64,000 nt of DNA from Lepidodermella squamata (taxonomy: Eukaryota > Animalia > Gastrotricha): positions 1 to 64,000 of the forward strand of contig JBLDXI010000085.1 in NCBI GenBank assembly GCA_047495785.1, written 5' to 3'. The notes beneath the pieces are model-generated. The model was not told the origin of the DNA. It did not search any database and worked only from the letters and a program-made list of their open reading frames with translations. The position numbers and the translations under genes are program-made. This document shows positions 57,201 to 64,000 of this stretch, piece by piece (the stretch's first letter is position 1; every line of letters starts with the position of its first letter).

Positions 57201-58782
57201 GCTTCAGGCTTTGGAAGAAGATTCTGGAAGAATTCTGCGAGCGAAGAAAGCAAATTATTGGCGATTTTATTTAGCTAAAAATGACTAAAATCGACCGCCC
57301 TCACAAAGTGTCTAAACATGCGCTGAATACTACCCATACCCCTAGTTTAACGGTTTAAATTATAAGGAATATCATTCGGTGTCTTTCACTGAGCGTGGTC
57401 CAGTGGCGAAAACTCATCATCCATTAATTAATTGGTTCACATTTGATTAGCGTTCTGCACCAATGCCTGTCAAAACGGCGGAACATGCGTGGGCCTAAAT
57501 GTTTGCAATTGCTCTGCCGGCTGGACCGGTCCCACTTGCTCGACAAGTAAGTACACGCGTCAAGTGTTGTTACCAGAAATTGGGAATTTCGTTTTTCTAT
57601 CTATCTATTCAGGTGGGCCTTGGGTAAGGTGTTTTTTGAGAAGTAGTGACGATTTCTCCAGATGCCGCTTGTCAATCCCCAATGGCTGTGCTGATTTCGA
57701 ATATCAGGTCTTACATTACAATCAAATTCACAATGGTTCTCATCAAATCTTCATTTTATTTAGGCCGGTAAAATCTACTCATCTTATGAATCCTGCGATA
57801 AATCCGTAAATGGCTAATTATTAATCCAAGCTAAACATTACTTGAAAACAATATAGGATGTGAACTATTGCTTCTCATCACGTGACGCTAGTTTCCAATG
57901 CCGCCTAGGTGATTGCTTCAGTGGTGAGAAACAGGTATGTTGATTGATCACCCTGTTCGTTCATTCCCATGAAAACCACTCTTCAGGTCATGAAGTTCTC
58001 TTCTAAATCTCGATTATCGGAAAATTTGTCACTTTGCCGTAATTTGGCAACTCCGGTAATATATTCCCTTTCAACGACAAAATTCCCATTAAATTTCGCA
58101 AATTCAAGATGAAATTCTATCGATGTTACAACTCGGAAGCGTCTAAAGCTGCTTGTCGACCTGTTTCGCTAGGTGGTTGCCTGCAAAATGAGGTATTTCC
58201 AGCGCCTTTTACCACGCTTCTTTATCAGGAATTTGAGTTAGGCCCAATCTGGAGGTTATCTTAATCGAGCAAGTTGCATTAATGGTGAGTGGGGTTACGG
58301 CTGATTGTTTTTCAGTAGTTACTAAAGATTTACTTTCAGGAACGAATTCCAACCCGCTTTTGGTCCGCTGCTACAAAACATCGAACGGAAATTTTGTAAC
58401 CTGCCGACCTGTTTGCCTCAGTGGCGAAATTCCTGTAACAACTGCACATTATTTTCGATGGTCGTCACTCTCTAAAATTTGTATAGCGTTCTCCGCCGTA
58501 CATCTTCGACAAGATGGGTCTTTGTTTGAAAGGGGTTGGCTTTTCCATAACTCTCTGCTTTCTCCAAGCTAATTTCCGTTTTCGAAGGGTGCTAGGCTGT
58601 GTAAGCTTAACAAGGGACGGAAATTTTGCGCTGAAACTAATGTATCCTGCAAAAATCAGGTATGTTTTATCGGCACATTTTTTTCCGTTTTGCCTCTGAA
58701 ACTTCACTTACAGGTCAAAATTTTTGGCACATCGAACTCTTACGCCGAAAACTTAGCCGCCTGCAGAGCCTCTAATATCTGA
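54282..58782 (+). CDS. Secreted mosaic protein: signal peptide, Ly6/uPAR three-finger, EGF, CUB, kringle-like, EGF, then 5 four-Cys modules
   Basis: ILCYTC...CCDYDGCN; CQNDGSQDPKNCSRCLCPDGLSGDFC; CGG...KSPGYPGYY..NSLCVWQI; CRITDSGRDYEG...TSNGDACMAW...NACR; CQNGGTCVGLNVCNCSAGWTGPTC; ten small exons at 57614-58782 ending ACRASNI*. Confidence 0.8.
54569..55008. mobile_element. MITE with a 9-bp TSD (Mutator-like), in the first intron of the mosaic gene
   Basis: 22-bp perfect TIR ACGTCGCTGAGTTCAACGGACC; TSD CTGTATTTC at 54560-54568 and 55009-55017; internal GGTCCGCT subrepeats. Confidence 0.85.
56783..56842 (+). repeat. Degenerate (TTAGGG)n-like tract inside an intron
   Basis: TTAGGGTTAGGGCTAGGTATGGTTAAGGATAGGGTTAGAGTTGGGGTTGGGCTAGGGG. 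Confidence 0.7.
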
Positions 58783-59575
58783 ATGGGCTTTCTCTGAGAT
58801 ATTATCTCCTCGTTTCGGGATCTGTGATTTGCCATAACTGCGATTGTTAAACTCTGTTCAAAGCTTATCTTCAAGAGAGATTCAATAAACTTTGGCGATA
58901 TCATTTGGTTTTTGGAAAACGGTTCTTTGGTAAAGTCACAATCATTCAAACTCGAAATGTGTAGACATTTATCAGATTTATTCAGCGAGAAATAAAGGAA
59001 TAATCTAATGACTAGCCTCAGACAAACAGATAATAATTCAGGTATAGTGTTAAGAAGTGTTAAGCTTTCAATAGTTTTTCATTGTTCAAGCAATAATCTC
59101 TAAACTGTGAATGATTTTTCGAATAAAATCATGAAATTTCTTCGAAATTGGTCCAAGCACATGACTTTACTTGGCGGTGATAATTATTGGCAATTTCTTT
59201 CACCATGGGCGAATTATCTGCGTAAAAAAACGTAACTCATGAATCGACTATTTTTGGCTTCGTGAAATTTCACGTCGTTATCGAACCACAACACTGCCTC
59301 GGCCCAGTGAGTAGGAGTAATTTTCCGAACCAAACAAAAATCCTTCTTGTTCACGTTGCCATCGGCGCGCGATCGTGAGACCAAGACACCAGCATCACAT
59401 CCATTACTAACATCACATCGGACAAGTCTCGTTATTATTAATTGCTTCAATTGCGTTATTTGCCGACGGCAGACCGGATGCGACACCCTCGAAAAACGTG
59501 CGAGAAAGAGGGTCATTTACAGTGGCCTCGAACCACGTGAGAAAAGAGGCGATTACAGGTTACCGGATACTGTCA

Positions 59576-59764
59576 TGATATCGTTAGCGGCGCGCCAAAA
59601 CAACCACTTAGATGATTCATTCGATCGTACTTGAAGTCGCCGAACGTAATGATAAAGTACGATAGGCCATTTGAGCACTGATTTTTTCCTACTCTCGATC
59701 GTACTATCCATATAAAATCTATAAATAGTAAAGTGGTTGTTTTGGCGCGCCGCTAACGATATCA
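59576..59764. repeat. Perfect 34-bp inverted repeat, probably a 189-bp MITE
   Basis: TGATATCGTTAGCGGCGCGCCAAAACAACCACTT at 59576-59609 and its reverse complement at 59731-59764. Confidence 0.8.
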
Positions 59765-59988
59765 CGAACATGATTTTGCCAATAAATAAAATTGGGCGGT
59801 GTTTAACCCATCGCAGGGCGGCTTTGTTTACTTTTAGGGCGCGCCTCTTCAAAAGGAGGGCGCGCTATTATGGCTATTATTAAATAAGGGCTGAGATTAA
59901 ACGAGGGCGAACTTTTACCTTTTGGGGCGACAGATTTTATTTAACCGAATATAATATATATTATGCCCTATTTTTTTAATTTAATCTA

Positions 59989-61858
59989 CACTGTAAAAAA
60001 TTGCTGGGTTTTTAGACCGGCTTTTAAGACTGGCTCGAGCTAATTAATCCAGAAATGAGTGAATTAATAAGCCGATTTTGAGAATCGGGATTTTTAACCT
60101 TTCTGATGTTTGCGGATTAAAAAACCGCTTTATAATTCAGGAAATTATATCGGAAGAAATAAATGAATTAAAAAGAAAGAAAATAAAAATGAGGATTACG
60201 CCCCTGATTGTTACGTCATGAGCCACGAACTAGGACAAATTCGGAATGAACGGAACAGAGCAGCAGTATTTCAGTTTGCGGTTTTTTCGACACATCAATT
60301 TTGATGCACTTTTTTATCTCATTCGCTTCTCGATGTTGCTGCCATCCAGCGATCATCATTTTAACAGCAATTACCCAGATTACTTTCGAATGTTAACCCA
60401 ATTGAACCCTACGTCACTCAGATTCTTTAATTTTTGTTTTTATCTTTTCTAGCAATTTTAGTGGCTGTTAAACGCTGTATTTAAACGATTGTTCGAACTA
60501 CAGATTCGATGCCTGCTTATCAATTCCTGTTTCGGTTTGTTTCCTGGCGTTGCATATATTCACTTCTATGTGTTTCACCTTGTTTATACCTTTAATCATA
60601 GCTAACTAATCACCTAACCCCTTAAACTAACTCAACCTCAACCTCAACCTCAAAAAAATTGATCAAATTTTTCAAGTTCGACTTGAATTTTTTTGCAGTC
60701 GCTTTCTCACAGCGCAAATGTTCGCCTGGCCAAACTAACACCTGACGGAATTCTCAGTAAGTTTCTACAAGCTTCAATGAAGATAAGTTAAGACTGTTTT
60801 TTATTTTTCGTTCAGATCTTCGCGATGTTTTGAGACTTCGATGTCGCTACGCTCCGATGTGGGCTATATTGTTGGACCAAATCTTCGTGGGCAATTGCGA
60901 AATTTCAACGACGCATCGTTCCAAAGCACGTTACAGAGGCGATTCACGCTTTGGTCAGAGGCGCAGCAAAATGCACACGGCCTATACGGTTAGTAGGTCC
61001 CTATTTTGCGGAAATTTGCAAGTATTGAAACGCTTTCTGTTTCTAGATGCAGCGTATGAAAAACGAGCAGTTTATGACTAAAGCCAATCGTTCTACTCAA
61101 GCGCCAGAAAATAGCTGACACAATTTCATTCGCAAGAAGTTCTGCATCGTCTCAATCAAAATTCGAAACAACCCATTTTACTGCCATTACGCAAGTTGCT
61201 GATTGCGTTGGGGAAGTTATTTAAATGCTGGGTCAGAGCGATTCACAGTTGCGCTTTTCGCCGGTGGCATGTTGGCTGTTAGCTCTATCATTAGTGCCGG
61301 ATGGCTCGTGGTTCGAATTTCACCAAATTTCACGACTTCGGATACTGATCAATTGTTTTGAAGAAAGCTGTAAACTAATGGATTCAAAGACAGCGATGAA
61401 AACAAAGGCTATTATTGATTATCAGCTGATTAGAATATGCGCGTTATACTGAATTATATATCTCTGTGGCGTTGAAATTTATAAGATTATGTTTGGTGAA
61501 TAAAAACCAAGAATGTTCAATGTTGGCTTTTCAAAGAAATGAAATAGCACGAACGAGTGGGGGCTGCGGGTCAGGTTATTTAATGGCTAAAAATCCGATT
61601 TTTAACCTCGATTTGGTTGAGATAAAAATCAGCTAAAAAGACTGGTCTTAAAAGCGGTTTTTAATTCAGTATTATTGCATTTAATAATTAAATAATCAAG
61701 CAGCTTTTTAACTCTTAAATAATTAAGTAGTCTAATTAATTCGAGATGAATTACTTTTCCAGTCTAATTAGAAGGCCGGGACGGGCCTTATTAGATTAAA
61801 TTTGGCTGTAGTCGAAGGTTCTAAAAAGCCGCTAAAAACCTTGAAATTTTTTACAGTG
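59989..61858. mobile_element. Non-autonomous DNA transposon with CACTG termini (animal EnSpm/CMC-like), 1.87 kb
   Basis: CACTGTAAAAAA.T...GGTTTTTAG / CTAAAAACC...TTTTTTACAGTG; TA on both sides; subterminal AAGACTGG and AAAAxCCG repeats; no long ORF. Confidence 0.75.
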
Positions 61859-64000
61859 TACTCATTGATTCGGGAATTTGGCAGCTGTAATATGATTTCT
61901 TGAATTGATCCGATAAATCGATTTCTAAATTGTTTTTTTTATAAATATTACAGATGACTTTTAGTTTACCTGATTGTTTACTGACTAAAATATATGCAAT
62001 AAGCACGTAAAATTTTTGAAATATTTTGAAATAAAATTTTGGAATCTCCTAATTCACCTTCGGATTGAAAATCAAACCTTTTTTAATCAGGAATAATTTT
62101 TAATCCTCAAAAACATGGCTTTTTCCAAAATTATATATAATATGAAGGGTATATGGGTTTATAATCGCCTGAAGGCGAATTTAAACCCATATAACCTGAA
62201 TGCCTTCCGTATATGTGTGTTATCCGGGTCGTATCGTAAAATGTTCAGGGTTACTAGGTATGGTACACTCGCTGAATTTCTATTGCTTTAATTTGAAATA
62301 AAAAATCCAACTCAAAAAATCATTTAATTTGTTTCTTGCTCATTTTATTCTCGCATTCTTCATTTTGCGAGTTTTTGGTTTGTTTTTCACATCGAATTTC
62401 CCGCATTTCTCGCATGCTCAACAAATTGCTGCTACTGAATCACAAAATTGGGCTCTCGAATTCAAGGTGGTTCTGCTCGGCTGGCTTAGGATGGCTATAT
62501 CAATGCGACTGTCACGAGGCCTTCAACACCTCGGTTTGTAGAGCTGCTTCAAAATCGAAGAAGAACACGATCGACGAAATCTTGAACGATTGCTTGGCGG
62601 GCATTTTTTGATATAAAAATATATAATTCGGCCATTAAGAAGGCATATTTTACGATACGGTCCGGATAACCTATCATATACGGTATACTTCCATCAACTG
62701 TATTAATGTTCAAAATAATAATTCAATAGTTGAAAATATAAATAATATTTTTCATAAGCGACATGACCTGGCTCATTAAATTCACGTTGACCTCTCGCAT
62801 CGACGGTTTATTTCTATCAAAATGTTTCCGCAATTATTATAGCAATTTGCCCATGAAATCGAATAAGGCGTATGAGGCGGTTATATCTTCGACTTTTAAC
62901 GTTGACATGTCTCGGCAATTTTCCATGGCAAAGAAGTGCTGACTCATTGCGGTAATAACACACACAAGCACATACAAGCGCGCTCCTTAATATTTTGTTT
63001 GTTTTATTATTAACAGCAAAAATTGTTTACTCACCCTGCTGCTGCTGCTGATGGCACCGGGCGCCGCCGTGTTTGATGAGGGTGACTAAAACGGGTGCAC
63101 TCTGGTGTTACGCCGCGCACTTGAACCAGCCGCGCGGGCTGTTGCACAACTGATGCCAATCGCTAGTAGAGAGCCTTCTTGCCTGTGATCACATGAGCAA
63201 ACAAACCATTTTGCCCCATTTTCGTTGAATAGGTCATAATGATAACATCATCAGGCCGCGGTAATAGCCACAGCAAAAAGTCATTTCCGATGGCTCATTT
63301 GCGGCATTAATTAACGATTATCGTGAATTTCAACGATTTTCAATGCCAATGTAAATTTTCCAATATTATTATTATTTTTTTTAATTTTCCGAATTTTTAG
63401 GACATTTGAATCTATTTCACTGTCACTCATTATAGATTTTAGGAATTTTTTATCAAATTACTCGGAATTATTTGTGAAATGAATCGGAGCTGAAAGTTTT
63501 CTGGCTTTTCAACGAAGCTGAATTTTGAATGATTAATATGGATTATCAAACAAATTTTCAGAATTTAGTGTTGCCACCCGGAAGGTGTGGACTGGGCTCT
63601 TATTGATCCTTTTTTTAAGGGAAATTTCTTGGCCTGATTAAAGCTGATTTTTGGCTAGTCAAGCTAGATTTTATGAGCTGAGCACACTTCTATCTCTATT
63701 TAGTTTGGGAAATTTCGAAAAATTAAAATGGAACCTATCTTTTTGAATACCTCGAATTTTCCTATAAACCTGTATTGAATGTTCCAAAAAGGCTGAAATG
63801 AAATATATTTGGCTTAATTCTCAATTATTTACTGATTTCTTATTATTATTTTTATTTCATGACATTTCATGGCATCAATTTGCTCGGGTTTCTCAGTTTT
63901 GGTTTTGGTTTTTATCTAAAAAAAATTCTTATTTTCAATGTTCTCTCGTGTCAGTCTATTTTATTTATTTCTGCATAGAAATGAGGCGAAAGCGTGATTT

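Noticed and set aside
63031-63190. Minus-strand exon ending in a CAG run and GTGAGT donor
   Set aside because: All three frames contain stops; cannot be assigned to a gene
63215-63260. Second hammerhead on the minus strand (CTGATGA...GAAA)
   Set aside because: Stem II is weak and no stem III, cleavage triplet or stem I could be formed
58800-64000. Short ORFs in the last 5 kb
   Set aside because: No recognisable motifs; region is AT-rich and repeat-derived

Overview
Eukaryotic (almost certainly invertebrate animal) genomic DNA: AT-rich, with many short (~50-60 nt) GT-AG introns and a heavy load of young transposons. All gene models below were spliced and translated by eye, so exon edges are approximate. 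The window is dominated by a tandem family of three minus-strand, multi-exon genes (about 20.7-27.4 kb, 29.7-37.2 kb and a disrupted copy at 38-53.4 kb) plus an orphan fragment at 11.5-12.3 kb. They encode secreted proteins: signal peptide, then about 9-12 copies of an unrecognised ~45-aa four-cysteine module usually encoded by an exon pair, then two ConA-like/LamG domains. Head-to-head with this array is a plus-strand mosaic gene (signal peptide, Ly6/three-finger, EGF, CUB, kringle-like, EGF) that ends in five copies of the same four-Cys module. Other host genes: a LamG ORF with EGF exons, a divergent GABA-B-like class C GPCR (probably a pseudogene), a two-PAN/apple protein, and a NEK-like kinase-ankyrin fusion gene with a degenerate partial duplicate. 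Mobile elements: an intact, very young GC-rich Ty3/Gypsy element (identical 576-bp LTRs, tRNA-Gly PBS, duplicated protease domain), an autonomous PIF/Harbinger element and its non-autonomous partner, RLE-type and L1/Tx1-like LINE fragments, a minimal type I hammerhead ribozyme of the Penelope-like kind, and several MITE families.
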